Both the position numbers and the translations under genes were made by a program. DNA of 64,000 nucleotides, from the NCBI RefSeq assembly GCF_046119375.1, contig NW_027362768.1, positions 9,052,001-9,116,000 of the forward strand, in the 5' to 3' direction. The stretch is from Phyllobates terribilis. Taxonomy: Eukaryota. Below, piece after piece: positions 36,401 to 48,304 of the stretch; within the stretch, counting starts at the first letter, position 1; the number at the start of each line of letters is the position of its first letter. The notes under the pieces are model-generated. The model did not search any database and was not told the DNA's origin. It saw only the letters and a list, made by a program, of their open reading frames with translations.

Positions 36401-39400
36401 CAGGTTGCAAATTCAAAATAATTTTATGTCTGCATCTAGCTCTGAAAAAATATTTGGCCTTCTAGCAGTGTGTAGGACTTTCTCTATTAGTCCATCTATA
36501 CTGACCTCCATCAGGCTGCAAATTAAAAATAATTTTTATCTGCATCTACCTCTGAAAAAATATTTGGCCTTCTAGCTGTGTGTGGGACTTGTTCTATTAG
36601 TCCATCTATACTGACCTCCATCAGGATGCAAACTGAATATAATTTTTTTCTGCATCTAGCTCTGAAAAAATATTTGGCCTTCTAGCAGTGTGTGGGACTT
36701 TCTCTATTAGTCCATCTATACTGACCTCCATCAGGTTGCAAATTAAAAATAATTTATATCTGCATCTAGCTCTGAAAAAATATTTGGCCTTCTAGCAGTG
36801 TGTGGGACTTTCTCTATTAGTCCATCTATACTGACCTCCATCAGGTTGCAAACTGAATATATTTTTTTTCTGCATCTACCTCTGAAAAAATATTGGGCTT
36901 CTAGCTGTGTGTGGGACTTGTTCTATTAATCCATCTATACAGACCTCCATCAGGTTGCAAACTGAATATAATTTTTTTCTGCATCTACCTCTGAAAAAAT
37001 ATTTGGGCTTCTAGCTGCGTGTGGGACTTGTTCTATTAATCCATCTATACAGACCTCCATAAGGTTGCAAGCTGAATATAATTTTTTTCTGCATCTACCT
37101 CTGAAAAAATATTTGGGCTTCTAGCTGTGTGTGGGACTCGTTCTATTAGTCCATCTATACTGACCTCCATCAGGTTGCAAACTGAATATAATTTTTTTCT
37201 GCATCTAGCTCTGAAAAAATATTTGGCCTTCTAGCAGTGTGTGTGACTTTCTCTATTAGTCCATCTATACTGACCTCCATCAGGTTGCAAATTAAAAATA
37301 ATTTTTATCTGCATCTAGCTTTGAAAAAATATTTGGCCTTCTAGCAGTGTGTGGGACTTTCTCTATTAGTCCATCTATACTGACCTCCATCAGGTTGCAA
37401 ACTGAATATATTTTTTTTCTGCATTTACCTCTGAAAAAATATTGGGCTTCTAGCAGTGTGTGGGACTTGTTCTATTAGTCCATCTATACTGACCTCCATC
37501 ACGCTGCAAATACAAAATAATTTTTTGTCTGCATCTAGCTCTGAAAAAATATTTGGCCTTCTAGCAGTGTGTGGGACTTTCTCTATTAGTCCATCTATAC
37601 TGACCTCCATCAGGTTGCAAATTAAAAATAATTTTTATCTGCATCTAGCTCTGAAAAAATATTTGGCCTTCTAGCATTGTGTGGGACTTTCTCTATTAGT
37701 CCATCTATACTGACCTCCATCAGGTTGCAAATTAAAAATAATTTTTTGTCTGCATCTAGCTCTGAAAAAATATTTGGCCTTCTAGCAGTGTGTGGGACTT
37801 TCTCTATTAGTCCATCTATACTGACCTCCATCAGGTTGCAAATGCAAAAAAATTTTTTGTCTGCATCTAGCTCTGAAAAAATATTTGACCTTCCAGCAGT
37901 GTGTGGGACTTTCTCTATTAGTCCATCTATACTGACCTCCATCAGGCTGCAAATTAAAAATAATTTTTATCTGCATCTAGCTCTGAAAAAATATTTGGCC
38001 TTCTAGCTGTGTGTGGGACTTGTTCTATTAGTCCATCTATACTGACCTCCATCAGGTTGCAAACTGAATATAATTTTTTTCTGCATCTAGCTCTGAAAAA
38101 ATATTTGGCCTTCTAGCAGTGTGTGGGACTTTTTCTATTAGTCCATCTATACTGACCTCCATCAGGTTGCAAATTAAAAATAATTTATATCTGCATCTAT
38201 CTCTGAAAAATATTTGGCCTTCTAGCAGTGTGTGGGACTTTCTCTATTAGTCCATCTATACTGACCTCCATCAGGTTGCAAATTAAAAATAATTTTTTGT
38301 CTGCATCTAGCTCTGAAAAAATAATTGGCCTTCTAGCAGTGTGTGGGACTTTCTCTATTAGTCCATCAATACTGACCTCCATCAGGTTGCAAACTGAATA
38401 TATTTTTTTTCTGCATCTACCTCTGAAAAAATATTGGGCTTCTAGCTGTGTGTGGGACTTGTTCTATTAATCCATCTATACAGACCTCCATCAGGTTGCA
38501 AACTGAATATAATTTTTTTCTGCATCTACCTCTGAAAAAATATTTGGGCTTCTAGCTGTGTGTGGGACTTGTTCTATTAGTCCATCTATACTGACCTCCA
38601 TCAGGTTGCAAACTGAATATAATTTTTTTCTGCATCTACCTCTGAAAAAATATTTGGGCTTCTAGCTGTGTGTGGGACTTGTTCTATTAGTCCATCTATT
38701 CTGACCTCCATCAGGTTGCAAACTGAATATAATTTTTTTCTGCATCTAGCTCTGAAAAAATATTTGGCCTTCTAGCAGTGTGTGGGACTTTCTCTATTAG
38801 TCCATCTATACTGACCTCCATCAGGTTGCAAATTAAAAATAATTTTTTGTCTGCATCTAGCTCTGAAAAAATATTTGGCCTTCTAGCAGTGTGTGGGACT
38901 TTCTCTATTAGTCCATCTATACTGACCTCCATCAGGTTGCAAATTCAAAATAATTTTATGTCTGCATCTAGCTCTGAAAAAATATTTGGCCTTCTAGCAG
39001 TGTGTAGGACTTTCTCTATTAGTCCATCTATACTGACCTCCATCAGGCTGCAAATTAAAAATAATTTTTATCTGCATCTACCTCTGAAAAAATATTTGGC
39101 CTTCTAGCTGTGTGTGGGACTTGTTCTATTAGTCCATCTATACTGACCTCCATCAGGTTGCAAACTGAATATAATTTTTTCCTGCATCTAGCTCTGAAAA
39201 AATATTTGGCCTTCTAGCAGTGTGTGGGACTTTCTCTATTAGTCCATCTATACTGACCTCCATCAGGTTGCAAATTAAAAATAATTTATATCTGCATCTA
39301 GCTCTGAAAAAATATTTGGCCTTCTAGCAGTGTGTGGGACTTTCTCTATTAGTCCATCTATACTGACCTCCATCAGGTTGCAAACTGAATATATTTTTTT

Positions 39401-40402
39401 TCTGCATCTACCTCTGAAAAAATATTGGGCTTCTAGCTGTGTGTGGGACTTGTTCTATTAATCCATCTATACAGACCTCCATCAGGTTGCAAACTGAATA
39501 TAATTTTTTTCTGCATCTACCTCTGAAAAAATATTTGGGCTTCTAGCTGTGTGTGGGACTTGTTCTATTAGTCCATCTATACTGACCTCCATCAGGTTGC
39601 AAACTGAATATAATTTTTTTCTGCATCTACCTCTGAAAAAATATTTGGGCTTCTAGCTGTGTGTGGGACTTGTTCTATTAGTCCATCTATACTGACCTCC
39701 ATCAGGTTGCAAACTGAATATTATTTTTTTCTGCATCTAGCTCTGAAAAAATATTTGGCCTTCTAGCAGTGTGTGGGACTTTCTCTATTAGTCCATCTAT
39801 ACTGACCTCCATCAGGTTGCAAATTAAAAATAATTTTTTGTCTGCATCTAGCTCTGAAAAAATATTTGGCCTTCTAGCAGTGTGTGGGACTTTCTCTATT
39901 AGTCCATCTATACTGACCTCCATCAGGTTGCAAATTAAAAATAATTTTTATCTGCATCTAGCTCTGAAAAAATATTTGGCCTTCTAGCAGTGTGTGGGAA
40001 TTTCTCTATTAGTCCATCTATACTGACCTCCATCAGGTTGCAAATTAAAAATAATTTTTTGTCTGCATCTAGCTCTGAAAAAATATTTGGCCTTCTAGCA
40101 GTGTGTGGGACTTGCTCTATTAGTCCATCTATACTGACCTCCATGAGGTTGCAAATTAAAAATAATTTTTTGTCTGCATCTACCTCTGAAAAAATATTTG
40201 GCCTTCTAGGAGTGTGTGGGACTTTCTCTATTAGTCCATCTTTACTGACCTCCATCAGGTTGCAAACTGAATATATTTTTTTTCTGCATCTACCTCTGAA
40301 AAAATATTTGGGCTTCTAGCTGTGTGTGGGACTTGTTCTATTAGTCCATCTATACTGACCTCCATCAGGTTGCAAATTGAATATAATTTTTTTCTGCATC
40401 TA
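27451..40402. repeat. ~13-kb satellite of 110-111 bp monomers (~117 units, estimated from length) inside hAT element 2
   Basis: ATTAGTCCATCTATACTGACCTCCATCAGGTTGCAAA...CTGCATCTAGCTCTGAAAAAATATTTGGCCTTCTAGCAGTGTGTGGGACTTTCTCT repeats continuously. Confidence 0.97.
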
Positions 40403-40518
40403 ACCCAGCCAATAGTTTTGGCCTAATACCACAGTTTGGCCACTCAGCTCTGCTCGGTTCCCATCCATTGTTTTTTTGTGCAAACAACTCCAGAGTTGTG
40501 AATTAGTTAACCACCAAA

Positions 40519-43500
40519 ATGAGTGGAAAAAGGCCTGCTGCTGGTGGAAAGGGGAATAGGCGTGTTGGGAAGGGGAAAAAAGGTTGTGTCCGTGGGGTAG
40601 GTGTTAAAGCAACAGTAACATCTGCAGAAGAAAGACCATCTTCCAGCCAAACTAAAATGTCTACTTCTTTTAGCGGACAATGTAATAAGATCCCTTTCTT
40701 ACAGCCACGCCAATCGCTACAAATTCCAGATGAGGCACAAAAACAGCAGGTGCTTCAACGGATATCAAGTGCTCCTTTAAGTGGGCTCTCCTCCACATCA
40801 ACTTCAACATCACAAATACTCCAGTCCTCAAAGGTGTCACCCCAATCGCACTTGCTTCCTCACAGCTCCCAAATCTCCAGCTGCCCGTCTGAGTATGAGG
40901 TAGAACAGATGGTTGAGTCTGCAGAGCTGTTTACTCATACTATAGCCTGGGAATCAGAGGTCTACTCCAGTGCTTCTGTGAATCCAGACGAGGAAATGAT
41001 CTGCAATGATGCCCAGAATCTTTATGAGTTGGATCCAGGACCAGACGCAGAAGGTTCTGACCATAATGTAGACCCTCATTCCCAAACTGTAACTCCTGTT
41101 GGTGGAGACAATGAGGAAGACGATGATGAGACTCAAATACCTGATTGGAGCGACAACTTTAGTTTTTTGTCAGGGCAGGAACAGGTTGGCTCTGAGGACG
41201 ACGGGTGTGATAACGCACAGGGTGATGATGATGAGGTTGGAGATCCCACTTACTGTCAACCTACAGTCAGCCAATAGATGAGGTCAGCAGAGGAGGTGGA
41301 GGAAGATGCTAGTGACGACGAGGTCAGGTTGCGCCTTCCTGGTCAGAGACGTAGTACTGGAAGCAAGTCAACAACTGCATCCTCAAACACAACTCTGCCT
41401 CTCACCACAAGTCGTGGTGGCTCTTCAGGTCGCATGGGTGCTAAGCCTTGCATAGCCTGGGCATTTTTTCAGATCAATAAAGATGACCCAACTCGTGTTA
41501 TCTGTAACATTTGTCAGCAAAAGCTAAGTAGAGGCCAAAAAATACATAGTTTGAGTACTTCATGCATGAACCGGCACATGGACATGAAGCATAAGTTGCA
41601 GTGGGAAGCTCAGTGTGCTACAATGCGGCCTAGCCGGCCGGGCCAACCACCATCTGCCATATCTTGTGCATCCGCGACCTCTTCATCCTCTGTGACTGGG
41701 GGGACAGCAGTCACACCTGTTTTGGGGCGCAGACCTGCCACCTCTTTACCCGCAACAGCCAGCGTGATTGGCAGGTCATCATTTTCTTTGGAGGTGGTAA
41801 CACCAGCTGGTGTTGAGCGCTGTCCGACATCGAAAGCACCACCTTTGGATCAAGGCAACCTAACATGTCCGCCTGCATCTTCCTCACAGACCGGCAGTTT
41901 GCCGGGGACACCCTTATCAACCCCGTCTAAGCACAATAGCCAGCCCTCGGTCCCTCAGATGTGGACAAGTAAAAGACCATTTCCTCCTAGCCATGAGAAA
42001 GCTAAGAGGTTGAATTTCACCATCTGCAAGCTCTTGGCTACAGAAATGCTGCCTTTCCGCCTGGTGGACACAGAGGATTTTCGAGACCTTATGTTCGTCG
42101 CAGTGCCCCAGTACCAGATGCCCAGTCGGCACTACTTCTCAAAGAAAGGTGTGCCTGCGCTCCACCAGCATGTCGCACACAACATCACCGCTTCTTTGAG
42201 AAACTCTGTGTGTGACAGGGTGCATTTCACCACAGACACTTGGACGAGTAGGCATGGACAGGGGCGTTACATGTCGCTGACTGGGCACTGGGTAACTATG
42301 GTGACAGCAGGACAAGGGGCTGCTGTCCAAGTCTTGCCGTCCCCACGAGTTGTGCGTCAATCCTCTTTATGTCAAAGTTCCTCCACTGCTTCTGCCTCCT
42401 CAACCTCCTCTCGGTCTTCCACCTGCACCCAAAGCCTGTCTGGTCATGCCACAAGCTTTCTAACTGCGCAGAAGGGATCCTGCACACCTCCTTACTAAGC
42501 TGGCAGTAGGGCTCAACGTCATCAGGCGGTTTTTACTTTGAAATGTCTGGGAAATGTGAGTCACACAGCTGAGGAGTTGTGGTCAGTTCTGGAGAACCAA
42601 TTTCATGAATGGTTGTCTCCACTGGACCTGAAACCAGGGAAGGCCGTGTGCGACAATGCTGCAAACCTGGGTGCGGCCCTTCGCCGGGGCAATGTCACAC
42701 ACGTGCCTTGTATGGCTCACGTGTTGAACCTGGTTGTCCAGCAATTTTTAGCCCACTATCCCAGACTAGATGGCCTTCTGCAGAGGGCACGGTCGCTGTG
42801 TGCTCACTTCCGCCGTTCGCATCCCGCAGCTCAGCGACTTACATCTCTACAGAAGTTGTTGGGCCTGCCACTTCACCGGCTAAAATGCGATGTGCCTACC
42901 CGGTGGAATTCAACTCTGCACATGTTGCAGCGACTGTGGCAGCACCGACAAGCCCTGGTGCAATACGTTCTGACGTATAGCCTGGGCCAACGAGATCCAG
43001 AGGTGGGGCAAATCACGCTGGAGGAGTGGTCTCAGATCAGGGACCTATGCACCCTTCTGCACAGTTTTGAAATGGCGACGAAGATGTTTAGTGCTGACGA
43101 TGCCATTATCAGCATGACTATTCCGGTGATTTACATGCTGGAGCACATGTTAAACAGAATTCGGAGTCAGGTGGTGGCACAAGAGGAGGTGGAGGAAGTA
43201 GAGGAGGAGGAGTTGTATGCGGAAGGGCTAACATCTGCAAGGTCCAGACGGTCGGCAGCACCAAGGCGGCAGGCATGTGAGGGTGGGGGAGATGGTTTTA
43301 CCAGGGTGCATGGTAGCAGCCAAACTAGTGAGGAAGGTGCAGGAGCCCAGGAAGAAGTGGAGGACGAACTGATGGAAGACTCATCAGATGAGGGAGACCT
43401 TGATCACATTTCTGTTGTGCGAGGTTGGGGGGAGAGGACAGAGGAAGGAAGCATGATTGTTACCTCGCCACCAACACAACAGGGACTTGGTGCTCCTGGA

Positions 43501-44181
43501 TGCGCAACACACATGAGTGCCTTCTTGCTGCACTACCTGCAACATGACCCTCGAATTGTGAGAATTAGAAATAATCCTGACTACTGGGTTGCCACACTGT
43601 TAGATCCCCGGTACAAAAGTAAATTTGCAGAAATTATTCCTGCCATAGAAAGGGATGCACGCATGCAGGAGTATCAGCAGAGACTGTTGCAGAATCTTAC
43701 ATGTGCTTTTCCACAAAACACCAGTGGTGCACGCAGTGAATCTCACAGTTCCAACTTGCCAACCGTGGGACCGTCAAGTGTTCAGCACTCAAACCGTAAC
43801 AGAACCACAGTATCTGCTGGTAACATCAATTTTGCGGAATCATTTCACCACTTTTTTAGCCCATCCTTTGCAAGGCCACAGGAGACAAGAAGTCTGACAC
43901 ATAGTCAACGCCTAGAGACGATGGTACAGGAGTATCTCCAAGTAAACATTGAAGCCATGACTGTGTCACTGGACCCTTGCTCTTTTTGGGCTTCCAATCT
44001 GGATAAATGGCCGGAGCTAGCCACTTACGCCTTGGAGATCTTGTCATGCCCCGCAGCCAGCGTTCTGTCTGAACGTGTGTTCAGCGCTGCTGGTGGTGTG
44101 CTGACAGATAAGCGCACGCGGCTCTCCACTGATAATGTAGACAGACTCACGTTCATAAAGATGAACAAATCATGGATCTGA
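40519..44181 (+). pseudogene. hAT (Ac-type, BED-finger) transposase: one 1220-codon frame with two premature stops
   Basis: Three track ORFs share one frame; TAG 41275-77 and TAA 42496-98. BED CxxC..H..H, TTDTW, CDNAANL, CMAHVLNL, DVPTRWNST, SVLSERVFS and the C-terminal dimerisation motif are all present. Confidence 0.93.
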
Positions 44182-44254
44182 AACGACTTTTCTACCCCTG
44201 TGTCATCCTGGGGAGAGTAAAAGCTTGATGATTGGTTAAAATCACCCTACCAAC

Positions 44255-44535
44255 CGTTTTAAGCTTTCAAATTACTAATCATGTTTATCTGTATCTTGGC
44301 TGGAAAATAATTTGGGCTTTGTAGCAGTGTGCAGCACTGATTCTATTAGGCCATCTATAATAAGCTCCACCAGATTTAAAATTACTAATCATGTTTATCT
44401 GTATCTTGACTGGAAAATAATTTGGGCTTTGTAGCAGTGTGCAGCACTGATCCTATTAGGCCATCTATACTAAGCTCCACCAGATTTAAAATTAATAATA
44501 ATTTTTAGCTGCATCTACCCCAGAAAATAATTTTG
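44255..44535. repeat. ~2.5 diverged ~110-bp monomers downstream of the transposase
   Basis: CTATTAGGCCATCTATA.TAAGCTCCACCAG and GTAGCAGTGTG motifs are shared with the upstream arrays. Confidence 0.75.
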
Positions 44536-44542
44536 GGGCTCC

Positions 44543-46094
44543 GAGATGCGCAAGACACATAAGTGCCTTCTTGCTGCACTACCTGCAACATGACCCTCAT
44601 ATTGTCAGAATTCGAAGTAATCATGACTACTGGGTTGCCACACTCTTAGATCCCCCAAACTTTTCGATCAACCTTTTCATTTTAATAAAGACCAAAAAAA
44701 TGGTCATTTTTGAAATTATAAGCATTAGCAGGTTATTAGAAACTGAAATTAAACTGTTTTCAACTCAAAACTTTATTCTAGGTGATGTTACATTTTCACA
44801 TAGGACCCCTTGTTCGAAAGGAGCTTCTGAACTCTCTCGTCCATTGAATTTGTCAGGTTTTGGATGGTTTCTGCTTCAATTGTTTTGCATGAGGACAGAA
44901 TACCCTCCCAGAGCTGTTGCTTAGATGTGAACTGCCTCCCGCCATCATAGACACTCCTTTTGATGATGCTCCAGAGGTTCTGAATGGGGTAGAGGTCAGG
45001 GGAGCATGTGGGTCTCACCATAAGTTTGTCCCCTTTTATGCCCATATCAGCCAGAGATGCAGATGTTTTATGTGCAGCATGAGATGGTGCATTATCATGC
45101 AAAAAAATGATCTTGCTGTGAAATACACGGTTCTTCTTCTTGAACCATGGCAAGAAGTGCTGTTTGAGAAAATCCACATACATTATGGAGTTCATCTTTA
45201 GCGCCTTCAGGGATCCTAAAGGGGCCGACAATCTCTCTCCCCATGATTCCAGCCCAAAACATTACTCCACCTCCTCCTTGTTGGCGCTGTAGCCGTGTTT
45301 GCGTGGGGTGTCCATCAACCAGCCATCCTCCACTCCATCCATCTGGACCATCGAGCGCTGCATGGCACTCATCCGTGAGCAAAACAGTTTTGAAATCAGT
45401 CTCCATGTAATGTTTGGCCCACTGGAGCCGTTTCTGCTTGTGTGAAGTGGATAGAGGAGGTCGACAGGATGGCATATGCACAGCTGCAAACCTCTGAAGG
45501 ACCCTGCATCTTGTTGTTCGGGGGACGTTGGAGGCACCAGCAGCTTCAAAAACTTGTCTGCTGCTATGACAAGGCTTTTTTGCCGCTGCTCTTTTAACCT
45601 GACGTAATTGCCTGTAGGAAAGAGTCCTCAATTTGCCCTTATCAGCACGCACACGTGTGTACTGTGAATCAGCTACATACTTCTTGATTGCCAAGACACT
45701 TCATCCTGATCATCGCACAATGTTGATTGTAGTCATGCCTTGACCTAAACACTCCACAATTTGTTGCTTCTCAGCAGCTGACACATCCTTTTTCTTTCCC
45801 ATTTTGGCAGAAAATGTAGGCTGCTTAATAATGTGAGACAGCCTTCTTAAGTAGTCTTGCCTTTCATTGGACACACCTGCCAAACTAATTAGCACAGGTG
45901 TCTGCAATTGCTTACAGTGATATAAAGAGCCCTGACACACATCACCATCAATGAGTTTAACTGACAAACAAACAAATTCTTCCCTTATCCCTCCTAAACA
46001 CTTTTTGCATAATAATTTCGAACACAGTGTACATGTGCTTTTCCACAAAACACCAGTGGTTCACGTAGTGAATCTTACAGTTCTAACTTGCCAA
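44543..46094 (+). pseudogene. Duplicated hAT transposase segment split by a Tc1 insertion
   Basis: 44543-44657 matches ~43500-43607 (LHYLQHDP...DYWVATLLDP); 46032-46094 matches ~43700-43762. Confidence 0.85.
44658..46029 (-). mobile_element. Tc1/mariner DD37E-type element, one end missing; transposase relic 44788-45802
   Basis: End GAACACAGTG|TA at 46029; MGKKKDVSAAEKQQIV start; LDGPDGW, QQGGGGV, HDNAPSH plus 37 residues to Q (E in the active form). Confidence 0.85.
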
Positions 46095-46551
46095 AAGTGG
46101 TCTGTTTGGAGTTGTTCAATAAAGGGCCCAAAATTAAGATAACATAGATGGGAGAGGTCTCTATGAATAGGAATTCCTAAGTATTTGATACCCTGTGAGG
46201 GCCAGGCAAAGGGAAAGTTGGACTGGATGGAATCCTATATGGATTTGGGGAGGGAGACATCGAGGGCCTCAGACTTCGCTGCATTGATTTTAAAATTTGA
46301 CCATGTAACAAAGTGATCTATTTCAGCCATAACAGCATGGATGGATATATGTGATTGAGTGATATATACTAGGACATCATCAGCAAATAGAGAGCACTTG
46401 TACTCGGTGCCACCCACCTCAATCCACCTAATATTGGGGTTATGGCGAATTGATGAGAGCAGGTGCTCCGTCACTAGGATGTATAAGAGAGGGGACAGAG
46501 GACATCCCTGCCTTATCCCATTGGTGATTGTGAAAGGTGATGAAAATGTTC
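46095..46551 (-). pseudogene. L1 RT fragment (hAT cargo), part 1
   Basis: Reverse complement of ~15100-15545 (RQGCPLSPLLY, LFADD). Confidence 0.88.
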
Positions 46552-47765
46552 TGATGCACCCCCTGGGCCTTGGGACACCCGGAGCCGGACCCTTTTTGGT
46601 GGATGCTGGTGGTTGTAGTCTTCGTGGCGGCGACCCGGTTCCGTGGCTCAGTGTGGTCAAACCAGTGGCGGAACTATTTATGTGGTTTTGATGTTTAAAT
46701 GTCCGACTACGCCACCCGTGGATTGCGGTCAGAGTGAACCGCCGCTGCAGGGCAGACCGCTGAGGCTGGTGTTGTGGGTGCAGCAGAGCGTAGCATAACT
46801 CCCCACGGGAGGAGTATAGCCTCAGGGCAGTGTATGCGGAGGATGGGGGTGATGGTGCAGGGCAGCAGCAGTAACGACACGGAGTCAGTGATGCAGTCCA
46901 GGGCCTTTACTCACAGTTCTTATTATCCAGACCACGTCTGCAGGTAACGGCTGCCCACGTCGTACTGTGCTCACCAGGTGAGGGGCTCAGACAACTCCCA
47001 GATAACTTTGGAGTGCTTCACAGGACCCCCTTTGTGTGTCCTTTGTCTGGCCTTTCTTACCAACCCTTCTGTCCGGCTGCCTCGGGCCTCCTCTTGGTAA
47101 ACTTGGCGCCAGTTTCCCTGACCCTATGTGGTGCCTTCCTAGCGGGTGTAGCGAGGGGCTGCGCCACATAAAATGTCACAGTCTCCGGTTTCTAGCTGAG
47201 GGTCGTTTCCTGCCTCCACTAGTTTCAGGGACCGGTCTCCCCCTTTGGCCTGACCCCTCCACGCAGGTGGATTCGGGCGTGCGGTGGCGACTCGCCCGTC
47301 CGCACCCCTGGGATCCCTTCATTCCTCGTTCCTGGAGCCTTCTCCGCTCCTCTTCCTTCCTTCTCCCTCTTCCAGGCCTGGGCCTCTGTTACTAGGCCCG
47401 CCTCCGGAGCAGAGCTCATGCAGAGCCCCTGCTCCCTGCCACTTCTGCTCAGACTTCTCTGCACTGAACTAAGATGGTGCCCACCTTTTATACTCCCTTC
47501 TCAATGCACCCAGGAACTGCTTCCTCCCTGCTCCTGCACTACAGGGTTCCCCTTCCTCAGTGTTCCCTCCCCCCACTCCAGCCAGGGACAGGGACTGTCG
47601 TGCCCATCTCCGAGGCATATTGGTCGCCCTGCCCCACGGCAATGTGGTGTAATGCATGCAGGTGTCGGGTCCTGATCCACACTCCATCCTTACCTGAGAG
47701 TGAGATATCACACCTCTGGGTGAGGTGCAATAACTCTGTAGCAACCGAGCCCTCAGGGTGCTACA
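46552..47765 (-). mobile_element. Solo LTR (Gypsy-like by 4-bp TSD) inserted in the L1 cargo fragment
   Basis: TGATGCACCC...GGGTGCTACA termini; TSD GTTC at 46548-51 and 47766-69; homologous to 62611-63908. Confidence 0.85.
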
Positions 47766-47922
47766 GTTCCATTTATCTTCAGCCTAGGTGACGTATTGTG
47801 ATACAGGGCCGTGATTTTGGCTATAAAAGGGTCCCCTAGACCCCTACCCCAAACTTTTTAAGAGAATCAAATATGGCGTGCCAGGAGACTCTATGGAATG
47901 CTTTCTCAGCATCCAACGAGAG
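47766..47922 (-). pseudogene. L1 RT fragment (hAT cargo), part 2
   Basis: Reverse complement of ~14938-15095 (LSLDAEKAFHRVSW). Confidence 0.88.
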
Positions 47923-48036
47923 TATCTAATTACAAATTTTTAACTGCATCTAGCCCAGGAAATACTTTGTGCCTAGTAGCAGTGTCTGCTAGTCAGCGGA
48001 TTATCCCGGCTGTTAAGCAAGCTACACCACCTGTAG

Positions 48037-48304
48037 TTTGGACACTTAATTTTTTCAAAGGAAATGCTTCGGGACCACGGGATACTCAGTGAAGAGCATC
48101 AGGAGGCACCCCAAGGCATAGGGGCTGGGACTGGCAGTAGGATGCCTTGCGGTGGACAGCCGAGCTCGATCCTTATAAAAGATTTTTAACTGCAGCAGCT
48201 TTAGTGGACGCTACTGGAGCTGGAATTACGCGGCTGCTGGCATGAGACTTGCCCTCCAATAGATCCTTGTAAATGAATTTAAAGTGTATTCATTCAAATT
48301 AGAG
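48037..48304 (-). pseudogene. Decayed 18S rRNA fragment inside hAT element 2
   Basis: Reverse complement reads TTGGAGGGCAAGTCTCATGCCAGCAGCCGCGTAATTCCAGCTCCAGTAGCG...; same extent as 14460-14729. Confidence 0.88.

Noticed and set aside
27451-40402. CRISPR-like array, or the many 60-110 aa ORFs (CGTFSISPSILTSIRLQ..., MEVSIDGLIEK...)
   Set aside because: No unique spacers and no cas genes, in a eukaryotic context; the ORFs are translations of satellite monomers with frequent stops.
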